Source: an uncultured Gammaproteobacteria bacterium (GTDB lineage Bacteria > Patescibacteriota > Microgenomatia > Levybacterales > GWA1-39-11). Taken from it: 64,000 nucleotides of DNA. The notes under the pieces were generated by a model. The model made no database searches, was not told where the DNA came from, and saw nothing but the letters and a program-made list of their open reading frames with translations. Within the stretch, counting starts at the first letter, position 1. Each line of letters begins with the position of its first letter. The stretch spans positions 96,470 to 160,469 of the forward strand of contig CAYYLC010000002.1 of NCBI GenBank assembly GCA_964472415.1, in the 5' to 3' direction. The translations under genes were made by a program, and so were the position numbers. Below are positions 47,499 through 57,646 of this stretch, piece after piece.

Positions 47499-48485
47499 TT
47501 AGTTTGTGCTACGTATGTTTTTATAAACTACAACAAGCAGTGATATAAATGGAATTGAAAGAAGTGCTCCCGCAATGCCAAAAAATTGCCCTCCGATTGT
47601 AATTCCAAGAATTACCACAATCGGACTCAGCCCAACAGCTCTTTGCATAATACGGGGGACAAGAATGTTGTTTTCAAGAATCTGAATTCCTGCGTAAATA
47701 AGGATGAGCATTACGGCAAGCGTTGGTGAAATGCTCAGTCCGATGATTACTGCAGGAATAGCTGCTAGAATGGGTCCAACAGTCGGTACTATTTCTAAAA
47801 CCCCCGCAAGCACTGCTAAAGGAAGTGCATATTGACCCAATTGCAGCGCGGTGAGAACAAGCCAGGTGATTGATCCGATGAAAAGAGACAGAATGATCTG
47901 TCCACGCGCCCATGCACCGAGCTTGTCTTCAGCCTGATTTACTATGGACTCCACTTTCTCTCTTCGACTTCTCGGAAAAAATCCTACAAATCCACCCCGT
48001 ATTGACTTGTAATCAACAGAGAGATAAATACTAATCACAAATGCGGCAATTACAGAAAATACGCCTCCAAACACTCCGCCCGCGAATGCAAAGACATTTT
48101 GCCCAATATCCTCAGTGCGAAATGCTCGGGCTACGCTTTGTTGGTCAACATCTAGTCCAAACGCCTCTCCTGCGCTGTTTATGTATGTTGGGAAGTTAAC
48201 GTAGAGATTGTTTACTTGTCCTGCAAAAAATGGGACGAGCGGAAAGATGAGGAGGATAAGAAACAGCAATACTGAAACATACGAGATGGCAATTGCGGCA
48301 ATGCGGGGGATTTTGCGAGACTGCATCCACAGGGTGATTGGTTTGAGCGCTGCCATAATAACATATGAAGCGAACAGGACAATCACAATTTCAATAACCT
48401 GAAAAAAGAGCCATACAATCGCAAGAAATAAAATCCCTGCGACAAACTGGTTCTTAACTAGGTATTTTACAAACTCACTGATCAC
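47499..48485 (-). CDS. AI-2E family transporter (UPF0118/PerM-like)
   Basis: 328 aa, ~8 TM helices with the characteristic central loop of the family. Confidence 0.55.
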   Translation of the reverse strand: MISEFVKYLVKNQFVAGILFLAIVWLFFQVIEIVIVLFASYVIMAALKPITLWMQSRKIPRIAAIAISYVSVLLFLILLIFPLVPFFAGQVNNLYVNFPTYINSAGEAFGLDVDQQSVARAFRTEDIGQNVFAFAGGVFGGVFSVIAAFVISIYLSVDYKSIRGGFVGFFPRSRREKVESIVNQAEDKLGAWARGQIILSLFIGSITWLVLTALQLGQYALPLAVLAGVLEIVPTVGPILAAIPAVIIGLSISPTLAVMLILIYAGIQILENNILVPRIMQRAVGLSPIVVILGITIGGQFFGIAGALLSIPFISLLVVVYKNIRSTN

Positions 48486-48486
48486 T

Positions 48487-49287
48487 TTGCTTATTATAAC
48501 GGCTGCCTCTTTAAATGTATATGTTACAATTCCGGGGATGATTATCCTTTACAAGCCGCGTGGTGTCACTCCCTATCAGGCAATTATGCTTTTGAAAGAA
48601 AAAGAGCCAGGGCTTTTAAGAGAAACAGTTTCATATGCAGGACGACTTGACCCAATGGCAGAAGGATTATTACTCCTTCTTGTGGGAGACGAGAATAAAG
48701 AAAGAAGACAATATGAGAAGCTGGAGAAGGTCTACGAGTTCGAAGCTGTTTTGGGAGTCTCTTCAGATAGTTATGACCTTTTGGGGGTCGCAAAACTTCA
48801 CGAAGCAGCCTCTTATTCAGCGAGACAAGTACAGTCATTTATAGAAAGTCGCAAGGGGAAAATTGTCCAAACGTACCCCCCTTATTCTTCGGTGAAAATT
48901 CAAGGTAGGCCGCTGTATTGGTGGACGAGAAATAAAAAGCGCGTTACCTTACCTAAGAAAGAAGTGGAGATCCTAGAGTTCGAATTTCTGAAAGAACAAG
49001 AAATTAGCAAGGGGCAGCTGGGAAAATTAGTGTCAGACACAATCCCAAATATTGTGGGGGATTTTCGTCAGAAGGAAATTATAGATACCTGGGAAAGCTT
49101 GCTCCACAAGCTCCCTGAAAAGAAATCCTTTTCAGTGCTTTCATTTCGAATGAAATGCTCTGCGGGCGCGTATGTGCGAAGCATGGTACAAGAGTTTGGA
49201 GAATATTTAGGATGTGGTGCGATTACGCTTTCCATAAAACGGACTCAGATTGGAGAGTATGCGCTTATAGATGCAGTGCGCATATGA
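48487..49287 (+). CDS. truB: tRNA pseudouridine(55) synthase TruB
   Basis: ILYKPRGVTPY ... YAGRLDPMAEGLLLLLVG (catalytic Asp motif). Confidence 0.8.
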   Translation: MLIITAASLNVYVTIPGMIILYKPRGVTPYQAIMLLKEKEPGLLRETVSYAGRLDPMAEGLLLLLVGDENKERRQYEKLEKVYEFEAVLGVSSDSYDLLGVAKLHEAASYSARQVQSFIESRKGKIVQTYPPYSSVKIQGRPLYWWTRNKKRVTLPKKEVEILEFEFLKEQEISKGQLGKLVSDTIPNIVGDFRQKEIIDTWESLLHKLPEKKSFSVLSFRMKCSAGAYVRSMVQEFGEYLGCGAITLSIKRTQIGEYALIDAVRI

Positions 49288-49361
49288 TTTACATGATTCT
49301 TACATCTCTCCCACTGCTTCTTTATAAAATTACCCGATAATATAGGTGATAAAGGTAAAAT

Positions 49362-49682
49362 ATGGGAATTTCTCGAGTTATCTACTTTTTGATAAATTTA
49401 TTATTTGCAATTATTGGCTTCTTATTAGGGCTGCGTATTTTACTGCGGTTTTTCGGGGCAAATTCAGAGACACCATTTGTTGCTTGGGTGTATGAATCAT
49501 CCGACTCCCTTCTTGCGCCGTTTGCTGGTATTTTCCCCATTACGAGAATTGAGGGCGGGTTTGTCATTGACTTCCCTGCAATATTTGCGCTGGTAGTGTA
49601 CGTATTTATCGGGTATTTAATCCTAGAGGCCGTTTCCATTGTTGCTGCACGATCTGAAGAACGATTAGAGAAACGGAAATAA
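49362..49682 (+). CDS. YggT-family membrane protein
   Basis: 106 aa, two hydrophobic halves with the LRILLRFF...P...AP YggT pattern. Confidence 0.55.
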   Translation: MGISRVIYFLINLLFAIIGFLLGLRILLRFFGANSETPFVAWVYESSDSLLAPFAGIFPITRIEGGFVIDFPAIFALVVYVFIGYLILEAVSIVAARSEERLEKRK

Positions 49683-49838
49683 AAGGACCCTTTCAGAGGA
49701 AAATATGTAGCCTGCGTCACCCCATCTGAGTATTTAAAAATGTAGTTGTTTTTCTATCTGGCATTTTTTATAAAACAAAAGCACTCTAACGCGAGCATGC
49801 AGAAGCAGCAAATCTTTTGGTATCATGGATGTTGTCGT

Positions 49839-50972
49839 ATGAATATAAATTGGAAGACTGGTTTTCAAAAGATAGCGCTTTTTCCCTATGCACTCCTTTT
49901 TGTTGCCTTTTTTACTACTCTTCTTGAGCTATTTCTTTATCGTGGAGCTCTTGTAAACAATATTGGGGTTTCTTTACAAATGGTTTTATGGGCAGTATTT
50001 GCAAGTCTTGTTGTGGGACGGCTATTTTTGAAGATAAGCGTATCAGAGAGATTTTTTATTTGGTACGCTTTTTTGTTTACGCCCCTGGTTGCAATCCTTG
50101 CTGTCGGTGCAAATTTAGCAAATGCTTTTTTCTATCCCAATTTTATCTATAGTACATTCCACATAGACACAAGCGTGCTCATTGATAGTGCATTTTTTAT
50201 GGCTCTGTTTACTGTTCCCCTACTTCAGCTCCGTGTTGTAGGAGCGTATTGGCGACAGGCAATTTTTGTGTCAGGTGTTGTGGTGTTTTTTCTGTATGTC
50301 TTGATGAAGTGGAGGTTTCCAGACGTATTCTATGCTCTTGATCAGGAGGATGGTTTTCTTGAATATGCGCAGAGCATTTTCTTTTTGAGTGCGGCAGTTT
50401 TCTCTGCGCTTTCTTTTTATCATGTGATGCGTCTTCGCATAAAAAAACATCTTCAAGTGGTATGGCTTGTTTTGTTTGGTCTGAGCGCTGTTATGCTTTT
50501 TATAATTGCAGGGGAAGAAGTTTCTTGGGGACAGAGAATATTCAACATAGAAACGCCAGAAAGATTGTCAGAGATAAATCAGCAGAATGAGACGACGCTT
50601 CATAATGTGAGTTTTGTTTTTCGTTACGTATACGATGCATATTTACTAATGGGTGTATGGGGGCTGGTTTCATGGATAGCCTTTTATATTCGTGGAAAAG
50701 TCTTTAATGTTCCGATTTATGATTATGTGCGCCCCGTGCTTTCTCGTTGGTACCTTGCCCCCTTTTTTCTGGTAATAATTGGATACGTGGTATGGCGATA
50801 TGCACTAACGAGCTTCTATGAGATTACTGCAGGATATTTTGGCCAAGGGCTGGTCGATAATTCATTTGATGTATGGGAAGAGGCGGCAGAGACTTTTCCG
50901 GCCATCGCGATTTGTATTATTTTTTTACGCGGATTTCTGTTTGTGAAAAGCTATGCTGCAAAAAAGCACTAA
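49839..50972 (+). CDS. Polytopic membrane hypothetical protein
   Basis: About 10 predicted TM helices. Start set at the internal Met (MNINWKTGF). The upstream track extension is possible. Confidence 0.45.
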   Translation: MNINWKTGFQKIALFPYALLFVAFFTTLLELFLYRGALVNNIGVSLQMVLWAVFASLVVGRLFLKISVSERFFIWYAFLFTPLVAILAVGANLANAFFYPNFIYSTFHIDTSVLIDSAFFMALFTVPLLQLRVVGAYWRQAIFVSGVVVFFLYVLMKWRFPDVFYALDQEDGFLEYAQSIFFLSAAVFSALSFYHVMRLRIKKHLQVVWLVLFGLSAVMLFIIAGEEVSWGQRIFNIETPERLSEINQQNETTLHNVSFVFRYVYDAYLLMGVWGLVSWIAFYIRGKVFNVPIYDYVRPVLSRWYLAPFFLVIIGYVVWRYALTSFYEITAGYFGQGLVDNSFDVWEEAAETFPAIAICIIFLRGFLFVKSYAAKKH

Positions 50973-51391
50973 CTACAATCCAGGAGACTAAGCCCTGTCT
51001 CGTTATCGTGCTTGCGGTGTATGTCAGTATCCAGTTTTGTAAGATACACCTCGCATGTCACGCCAATTACTGCATCTTTAACGTGTCCGCCTTTGCACAC
51101 GAGATTTTCGTCAGAAAAAATGCCGTGGGCGTGAATGAACGGAGTGTTTTTTACGAGAGAGATGTTTCCAGAAAGGCTTACTATTTCGTGAGGCGTTGTG
51201 AGAGTGTGGCTTTGATACTCTTTCCTTTCAAGATCATAAAAGCTTAGTGTGGCATGTTCGGTTGCGCCGATTCCGGTAAAAAATCCTGCTGTGATATCCT
51301 CCCCTTCACAAAGTTTGGCGAGTGAATCTATGAGTTCTTCACCCTTCATGAGGCGGATTACAAAAACGTTCTCAGATGAGATGTGCTGCAT
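50969..51391 (-). CDS. PPC/DUF296-domain protein
   Basis: VFVIRLMKGEELIDSLAKLCEGEDITAGFFTGIGA...HAHGIF pattern. Start trimmed to MQHISSENV. Confidence 0.5.
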   Translation of the reverse strand: MQHISSENVFVIRLMKGEELIDSLAKLCEGEDITAGFFTGIGATEHATLSFYDLERKEYQSHTLTTPHEIVSLSGNISLVKNTPFIHAHGIFSDENLVCKGGHVKDAVIGVTCEVYLTKLDTDIHRKHDNETGLSLLDCS

Positions 51392-51451
51392 AGATTTATT
51401 ATAGCAAATGAAAAACTTGTGAGTTTTGAAAGAATAAAATAAAATGAGATC

Positions 51452-51922
51452 ATGGAGCCACAGGAAAGTGTTGAGCAGGATGAAGTTGCGGATAGAATGC
51501 AAGAAGAGTTTAAGGTGAGCCTGCCGGGTCAGAACCTCCCTACGCCGATGCGCTTCATTGCATTTTTTACCCTCATTGGCGGATTTAGTATTATTGGGAG
51601 TTTATTTGTAGATATTGTACGTCCCATGGGGGAAGATTTGTCATCTTTTATCCTAAGAATCACAGCAGGTATAATCGCGATCGCAACTGCGTATGGAATT
51701 ATTGAACACAGGCGGTGGTCGATTTGGCTGTATGGGATGTTTGCGTTGCTGGCAATACTCACTAATCCTCTCCTTTCCATAATTCCGCTTGCCGTCGTCG
51801 TATATCTTTGTGTTCAGCGGAAATACTTGAAGCCATCATTTTTGGATGTCGTGCTTGCGCGGATAGTTTGGAATATAAAAAACCGACTTGGATTTAAAAA
51901 TAGTGATGAGATGCTCTCTTAA
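51452..51922 (+). CDS. Membrane hypothetical protein
   Basis: Four hydrophobic segments. No motif. Confidence 0.4.
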   Translation: MEPQESVEQDEVADRMQEEFKVSLPGQNLPTPMRFIAFFTLIGGFSIIGSLFVDIVRPMGEDLSSFILRITAGIIAIATAYGIIEHRRWSIWLYGMFALLAILTNPLLSIIPLAVVVYLCVQRKYLKPSFLDVVLARIVWNIKNRLGFKNSDEMLS

Positions 51923-52072
51923 GCCTACTTCTAAGAGATTTATTTTTTAGGAGCGTTTAGAAGAAAGGTGCATCAATAAAAAGCAAAACAATCGAAGATT
52001 GGACAGTAGAAATAGCCAAGATAATTTATAACATACACGGTGTGCTTATTTGAAAAAAGTGCGATGGGTGGA

Positions 52073-52570
52073 TTACTCCAGAGCTTTTTCAAGCTTATCT
52101 AGGCTCGTCATCCAGCCTTCTTTCATGCCGGATTTGAGCATTGCGTCCATTTGTTCTTGCGTCTTAGGCCTTGGATAGATGATTGAAAGCTTTGTTCTTT
52201 TACCTCCCAAATCTTCAAATAGCACGGTTACCGTAGTTACTTCTGGAAAATTTTTATCTTGACCCTCTTGAGAAGGTTTAATCATATTTCCTTCGGAATC
52301 TGAAAAATAGTCAGTTACTACGAGTTTTTCGTTTGGGACAATTTCTTTATATTCTCCTGCGGAATACATATTATGGTCCCACTCGCTCCCTTCTGGCCCA
52401 TGCATTGCAAAGATATATCTCCCTCCTTCGCGAAGATCAACTTTTATAGATGGTGCAGTAAACCCTTCTGGTCCCCACCACTTTTTAAGAAGCTCAGGTT
52501 CAGTCCATGCTTTCCACACTGCCTCTCGTGGCGCATTTAGTATTTGTTCAATTACAACTCCTTTGTCCAT
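52073..52570 (-). CDS. SRPBCC-superfamily protein (AHSA1/activator-of-Hsp90-ATPase-like)
   Basis: EAVWKAWTEPELLKKWWGPEGFT...DLREGGRYIF. Confidence 0.6.
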   Translation of the reverse strand: MDKGVVIEQILNAPREAVWKAWTEPELLKKWWGPEGFTAPSIKVDLREGGRYIFAMHGPEGSEWDHNMYSAGEYKEIVPNEKLVVTDYFSDSEGNMIKPSQEGQDKNFPEVTTVTVLFEDLGGKRTKLSIIYPRPKTQEQMDAMLKSGMKEGWMTSLDKLEKALE

Positions 52571-52737
52571 TATTTTGTTATCACCTCCTTTGCTCTACCT
52601 AGTTTATTAAATCGATTATCCAAAGCCTTTTTATTCTCTTTGTCTCCACATGAATCCATGCACTTATAATAAATAATGCGTTTAATTAAGTAAATAGTTA
52701 AATATGGAAGGTATTTGTAGCGTGTTATAATAATTCT

Positions 52738-53346
52738 ATGCTCAGAAAAATCAATCCAAGCGTGCTCCTTGTTGTAGGAATAGCGGGAGTTTTTATTGTT
52801 GGATTGCTTTTATGGAGAAGTCCATTGGGAATGCCCAATATTTTTACTGATACTTCTAGGGCAAGTGTTGTGAAAGAGATTCAGGGTCTAAATCGTCTAG
52901 AGACTGCGTCCTACACAGTTGAGAAAATTGTAGAGGCAGGCCAGGAAGGAAACGTGTTTCAGGATTTACTTTATGGTGATAGATTGCTTTTGATTGCGCA
53001 TGGAAAGGTGACTGCTGGGATAGACTTATCACAAATTACTGAGGAGGATATTTCTGTGAATGGTGATAAGCTTATTGTTCACACGCCTGCGCCGATGATT
53101 TTTAGCAGTAGTCTAGATAACTCCCAGACTAGTGTGTATGACAGGAGTCAGGGGATTTTAAGTAGCGGTAATAAGGATTTGGAATCGGAAGCAAGGCGTG
53201 CTGCAGAAAGATCTATTTGGCAGGCGGCGTGTGATGCAGGAATATTGGATGAGGCGCGCAGGAATGCTCAGGAACGTCTTGCGCAACTATTTCAGTTCGC
53301 AGGATTTATTGAAGTTGTTATTACAGTGCCGGAAGGAAGCTGTTAA
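52738..53346 (+). CDS. DUF4230-like membrane-anchored protein
   Basis: N-terminal TM then LLLIAHGKVTAGIDLSQI...LIVHTPAP. Confidence 0.4.
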   Translation: MLRKINPSVLLVVGIAGVFIVGLLLWRSPLGMPNIFTDTSRASVVKEIQGLNRLETASYTVEKIVEAGQEGNVFQDLLYGDRLLLIAHGKVTAGIDLSQITEEDISVNGDKLIVHTPAPMIFSSSLDNSQTSVYDRSQGILSSGNKDLESEARRAAERSIWQAACDAGILDEARRNAQERLAQLFQFAGFIEVVITVPEGSC

Positions 53347-53492
53347 GAGAGTTTCTTGATATATTTTTCACCCAAGTCCTACGTTGTTATTAAGAAGGTG
53401 GTAATGTAGATTGTCATAGTTAGGATGTAATGCGAAAATATCTCCGCGAGATTAAAATTATCCTGAGAAAAAGTAACTAGGTTGGCAGGGTT

Positions 53493-53936
53493 TTACTGGA
53501 AGACTCTCTGTTCCTTTAAAATTTTAATTATTTTTCCTCGTGTTCCGATTGTTCTGCCGATCATAACTCCAGCAACAAGAGACATGCTAAACCCACCGAT
53601 AGCAGGCCCGTGGATAAAATATCCCACAATTCTCCCTCGAAAAATACTGAATAATATATATAGTGCAAGTATCGCTATTCCAAAGACATCGAGTTGTGAT
53701 GCAACTTGTTTCGCATCATGATTCCATGAAATGCGAAACATGCGAGCAACTATAACTCCCAGCACTGCACCGAGTATTATTGCTACAAAAGCAAGTGGAA
53801 TGGTGACGGCGTGGGTAATTATTTCAAAGATCACAACCCCCAGCATCGCAAATGATATAAGAAAATATATCTTCAGCCTGAAGCGAAGCTTTTTATCTGT
53901 ATGTTTTTCTGCTAATTTCCGCTGTTCTTTTTTCAT
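53493..53936 (-). CDS. Membrane hypothetical protein
   Basis: Four TM helices. No motif. Confidence 0.4.
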   Translation of the reverse strand: MKKEQRKLAEKHTDKKLRFRLKIYFLISFAMLGVVIFEIITHAVTIPLAFVAIILGAVLGVIVARMFRISWNHDAKQVASQLDVFGIAILALYILFSIFRGRIVGYFIHGPAIGGFSMSLVAGVMIGRTIGTRGKIIKILKEQRVFQ

Positions 53937-54135
53937 TGTTTATCGGTTTGCGTATATGCAATTTGTGATGGTGACAATGATTCCATAACAAATAGCCAGG
54001 AATAAATCCTAGGAGGTTTCCTCAAGTTTGCAACCAGGATGCCACAGGGTGAAGAGAATAAAAATGATTGTGATAAATGCGACGTTGTGAGTGCCTTTCT
54101 GGACATTAAGAAATTATATCAAGACAGAGGTGTTG

Positions 54136-54264
54136 TTATTTCTTCTTGCCACCACGCTTTTTTGCCTTTTCAGCAAGCATCTCTGCTTTAATTGCAAGAC
54201 GTTTTGCAGTTTTTGGAGAGCGGATTTTTTTTCGTTTTCCGACCCCTGTTGGTCTTTTTGCCAT
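54136..54264 (-). CDS. Putative small very basic protein (42 aa)
   Basis: Minus-strand translation MAKRPTGVGKRKKIRSPKTAKRLAIKAEMLAEKAKKRGGKKK. Not in the ORF track because it is under 60 aa. Confidence 0.25.
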   Translation of the reverse strand: MAKRPTGVGKRKKIRSPKTAKRLAIKAEMLAEKAKKRGGKKK

Positions 54265-54307
54265 GTGGAGGTATTATATACTATTTTCTTATTTTGTGCC
54301 CGGGTTT

Positions 54308-55849
54308 TTAAAATGTAATATTTTTGAGGTCTTTTGGGGTTTTTATCACAAAGTCTGGATTATTTTTCATTAAGCCCTTTTCGGAGTTAAATCCCCACGT
54401 GACGCTTGCAATTTTTATATGAGCCTCGCGTGCAGCGTCTATGTCTCGCACTTCGTCTCCAATGTAGAGTACGTTATTCTTTGGATAGTTATATTTTTTT
54501 AATAATTTTTTAATAATTTTTCCTTTTCCGAATAGACTTCCATCAGAATAAACAAAATCAAAATGATCCATGTTATGGGTAATCAAAAACTCTTTCACGG
54601 TAGTAGGATCATTTGATGTGACGATCCCGAGAGTATACTGCTTAGAGAGCTGCGGAAGGATCGATGCAAGCTCAGGGAACGGCTTAATGTCTGCGATATG
54701 TTTTATAAATTCTTTTTTCCCCTCCATAAAGAGTATCGGTAGCTTGTACTTTGCGATAGGAAGTTTTCCTATAACTTCGCGAGCGCTTAGTCCGCGCATC
54801 TGCTCAATACTTTCTGGAGTAGCTGGTGCAAATTTATGTTTTTTAGAAAGCTTTTTATAAATGGAAACCATCATCTGAAAAGAATCAGCAAGGGTCCCGT
54901 CGAAATCAAATAGTAATACTTTTTTCTCTTTTTGGGGCTTTGTAATAATTTCGGGGCTAGTTAGGATGGTAACTGCCTTTGGGATAATCTCCACAGAAAG
55001 AGAGTTTGTCGGTGGGAAATATTCGCCATCGCACTGGTATGCTCGTTTTTCGTGGAGGAGGGTTATTTTTATTTTTTTTGCGATATATTTGTCATAGTAT
55101 GTGCTTTTATCTGCTTGCTTGAATATAGTGTTTGTGATAACGCTTATCCAGGATGCGAGAGAGCGCGTTTTTATTATGCCTATTGTTAATACTCCGCTTT
55201 GTGGGTCTGCTTCGGGAACTATTTCAACTCCTTTTATTAGTGCTCCAATGTTTGAGACAAGGACTGCCTTTGCCCTCACGGTAAATGGCTTTTTATTATC
55301 AAGTGCTACTTTAAATAGTGAGGATTTATTGTTGAGATTTTTCAATGCAGATAATATGTATGCAAATATGCTCAGCTTGTTTTTATCTTCTCTTGTTGTA
55401 GATTGCATCATGTCTCCCATAAGGCCAATTCCGGCAAGTATACTAAAGTAATGATTGTTTACTTTCCCAATATCTATCTGCTTAGGATTTCCGAGGAGTG
55501 CAGTTTTTAGCGCCTCTTTTAGGCTTAACGGAAGGGAGAGGCTCCTTGCAAGAATGTTTGCAGTACCGAGTGGAACAATGCCAAGTGTAACATTTTTATT
55601 AATAATCATGCTTATTGCCTCCATGGCAGTCCCATCTTCACCACATACAACAATATGTTTTACACCCCTTTTTATTTCCTCTTTGACAAGTGTTTGTGTC
55701 GATTCTTTTTCTGTAGTTTCGCAATAACGCCCTATCCATCCTAGACTTTTTGCGGTTGTTTGCAATTGTTCACGACGTTTATCCGGATTGCCTTGTCCGC
55801 TTGCTGGATTTGCAATAAGACTTGCTGTAAGAAGTTCCTTCATTTCCAT
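54308..55849 (-). CDS. Fusion protein: diacylglycerol/lipid kinase catalytic domain + HAD-superfamily phosphatase
   Basis: N-terminal half: HIVVCGEDGTAMEA and GIVPLGTANILARSL (DAGK_cat). C-terminal half: HAD motifs I LLFDFDGTLADS, II GIVTSND, III/IV K...YIGDEVRDIDAA. Confidence 0.7.
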   Translation of the reverse strand: MEMKELLTASLIANPASGQGNPDKRREQLQTTAKSLGWIGRYCETTEKESTQTLVKEEIKRGVKHIVVCGEDGTAMEAISMIINKNVTLGIVPLGTANILARSLSLPLSLKEALKTALLGNPKQIDIGKVNNHYFSILAGIGLMGDMMQSTTREDKNKLSIFAYILSALKNLNNKSSLFKVALDNKKPFTVRAKAVLVSNIGALIKGVEIVPEADPQSGVLTIGIIKTRSLASWISVITNTIFKQADKSTYYDKYIAKKIKITLLHEKRAYQCDGEYFPPTNSLSVEIIPKAVTILTSPEIITKPQKEKKVLLFDFDGTLADSFQMMVSIYKKLSKKHKFAPATPESIEQMRGLSAREVIGKLPIAKYKLPILFMEGKKEFIKHIADIKPFPELASILPQLSKQYTLGIVTSNDPTTVKEFLITHNMDHFDFVYSDGSLFGKGKIIKKLLKKYNYPKNNVLYIGDEVRDIDAAREAHIKIASVTWGFNSEKGLMKNNPDFVIKTPKDLKNITF

Positions 55850-55883
55850 GGATTTAGTATAGCAGGCGGAAGATATGCGCGGG

Positions 55884-56279
55884 TTATTGAGACGAGAATT
55901 GTTGCTTTTTGCCCTTTGCCTTATTTTCGTTTAATGTTATTTGTGCCCTGACAAGCCTTTTTATTATCAAAGCGGGGATGGCCTGGTCATATCTAATTTG
56001 AAAGGTGACGCTTCCGGTCTTATAGCCCTTTTTTTCAAGTTCTTTCCGATCTTTATCAGGTAGCCCATCCCAGACCTCAAAGCCAATATGATTCTTGTAC
56101 GCATCAAATCCTGCAATCCAACCATGGTATTTGTAGTACGGTTTGCCATAGCCCACCCTTTCTTCAGCTTGCGGTATGGCAGACTCCACTACGGTTCTTA
56201 TTTCTTTCAGGTGGGAACGAGCCCTTTTCGGTGCGGCTGAGATGTACTCGTCAACATTTTTAGCTGAGTAGTTTGTCAT
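55884..56279 (-). CDS. DUF1801 (YdhG-like) domain protein
   Basis: VDEYISAAPKRARSHLKEIRTVVESAIPQAEERVGYGKPYY. Confidence 0.5.
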   Translation of the reverse strand: MTNYSAKNVDEYISAAPKRARSHLKEIRTVVESAIPQAEERVGYGKPYYKYHGWIAGFDAYKNHIGFEVWDGLPDKDRKELEKKGYKTGSVTFQIRYDQAIPALIIKRLVRAQITLNENKAKGKKQQFSSQ

Positions 56280-56408
56280 GGTCTTATTTTAACAAACTAT
56301 CGCAAGTATTCTCGCGTAGTGATGCATTGGGTGCGTAGATATCTAGTTTGCCCTGAGGGCTGCATCATATTAGAACTTATAAACAAATACCTCTCTATAA
56401 TACTAGCT

Positions 56409-56909
56409 TTATTCCCCGGCTTTTCGGATTGCTTCAAGATCAAGCTTTTTCATTGGCATAAAGGCAGCGGTTACTGCTTCGGTTTTTTCAGGATCGCGCA
56501 TATACTCATCCAAAATTCTTGGTACTACTTGCCACGTGACGCCAAATTTATCTGTGCACCATCCGCACTGCTCCGCTTCAGGAACTGCAGAGAGCTTCTC
56601 CCAGAAGTAGTCAATTTCTTCTTGTGTTTCACATTCAATAATGTAGGATGTTGCGCCATTAAGCTTGAATTGATCAACAGGGCCTCCGTTAAGAGCCATG
56701 AAGCTTATTCCATCGAGTTCGTATTCAGCTGTCAGAATGGACCCCTCAGGTCTGCCAGAAATTTCCTCAGATGCCTTAGGTGATTTTGTTATGTCGCCTA
56801 TTTTTGCGGTGTGATCACCCGGTGCGGAATTGAAAGTATCTATGTAGTAATTTGCTGCTTCTTCACCATCATTGTTTTCAAACCAGATGCAGGTAATTAG
56901 TCTGTTCAT
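56409..56909 (-). CDS. VOC-family protein (PhnB/3-demethylubiquinone-9 3-methyltransferase-like fold)
   Basis: ITCIWFENNDGEEAANYYIDTF...FMALNGGP...GWCTDKFGVTWQV. Confidence 0.55.
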   Translation of the reverse strand: MNRLITCIWFENNDGEEAANYYIDTFNSAPGDHTAKIGDITKSPKASEEISGRPEGSILTAEYELDGISFMALNGGPVDQFKLNGATSYIIECETQEEIDYFWEKLSAVPEAEQCGWCTDKFGVTWQVVPRILDEYMRDPEKTEAVTAAFMPMKKLDLEAIRKAGE

Positions 56910-57080
56910 GTTTTGTTTATTCTAGCACGCCGCAAGATTCTTTTTTGTATTAGTTTTGCAAGAATATTGATAATGGATATTTGCCGTATTTGGTTTGAGT
57001 CCGATTTGCCAGAAGTTCTGTAGCCTGTTCCAGGCTTGTATTGCTTGAGGATCGTGATAGCATAGCCAGCAACGGCTATA

Positions 57081-57440
57081 TTATGAGTTCATTTTGCGAT
57101 GCTCTCTAACTCTAGTCCTGATAACTTTCACAATAATTGACATCGGTAAAAGTTCGCCTAGTGGGAACTGGAGTGTTCCCTTTCCCGATTTATATTTACC
57201 AATTTGTTTTACCGCATCTTCTACTGCTTGAGTAACAGGATAGAGACTAACATGACTTTTATACCCAGCAAAATATACTAAGTATTTTCCATTTAATGTT
57301 GTAGTTGGTATTCCATAGCTAATTTTCTCTTCAACCTCCGGTGCCTCATCTTTAATAGCGTGTCTAATTTCTTTTAGTTTATCCTGAACTTCCTTAGGAA
57401 AACTAGCAATGTATTCATCTACGCTTTTATAAGACTTCAT
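57081..57440 (-). CDS. DUF1801 (YdhG-like) domain protein, second copy
   Basis: VDEYIASFPKEVQDKLKEIRHAIKDEAPEVEEKISYGIPT. Confidence 0.5.
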   Translation of the reverse strand: MKSYKSVDEYIASFPKEVQDKLKEIRHAIKDEAPEVEEKISYGIPTTTLNGKYLVYFAGYKSHVSLYPVTQAVEDAVKQIGKYKSGKGTLQFPLGELLPMSIIVKVIRTRVREHRKMNS

Positions 57441-57646
57441 AGTAATAAGTTGAGTATACCAAGTCGAAATATAGAATGACCAATATTGAAGATTAAGGGA
57501 TATGAGTTGCTATATTAGGTATTGCTCGACTTTGATAAAATCAATTCTACCTTATTTTGCTCCCCCTGATTGATATGTTCAGGAACAGAGAAATAGAGTT
57601 TGGCTTTACTCTGCAAAGCATACAAACGGTCTTTGAAGAACTAAAA

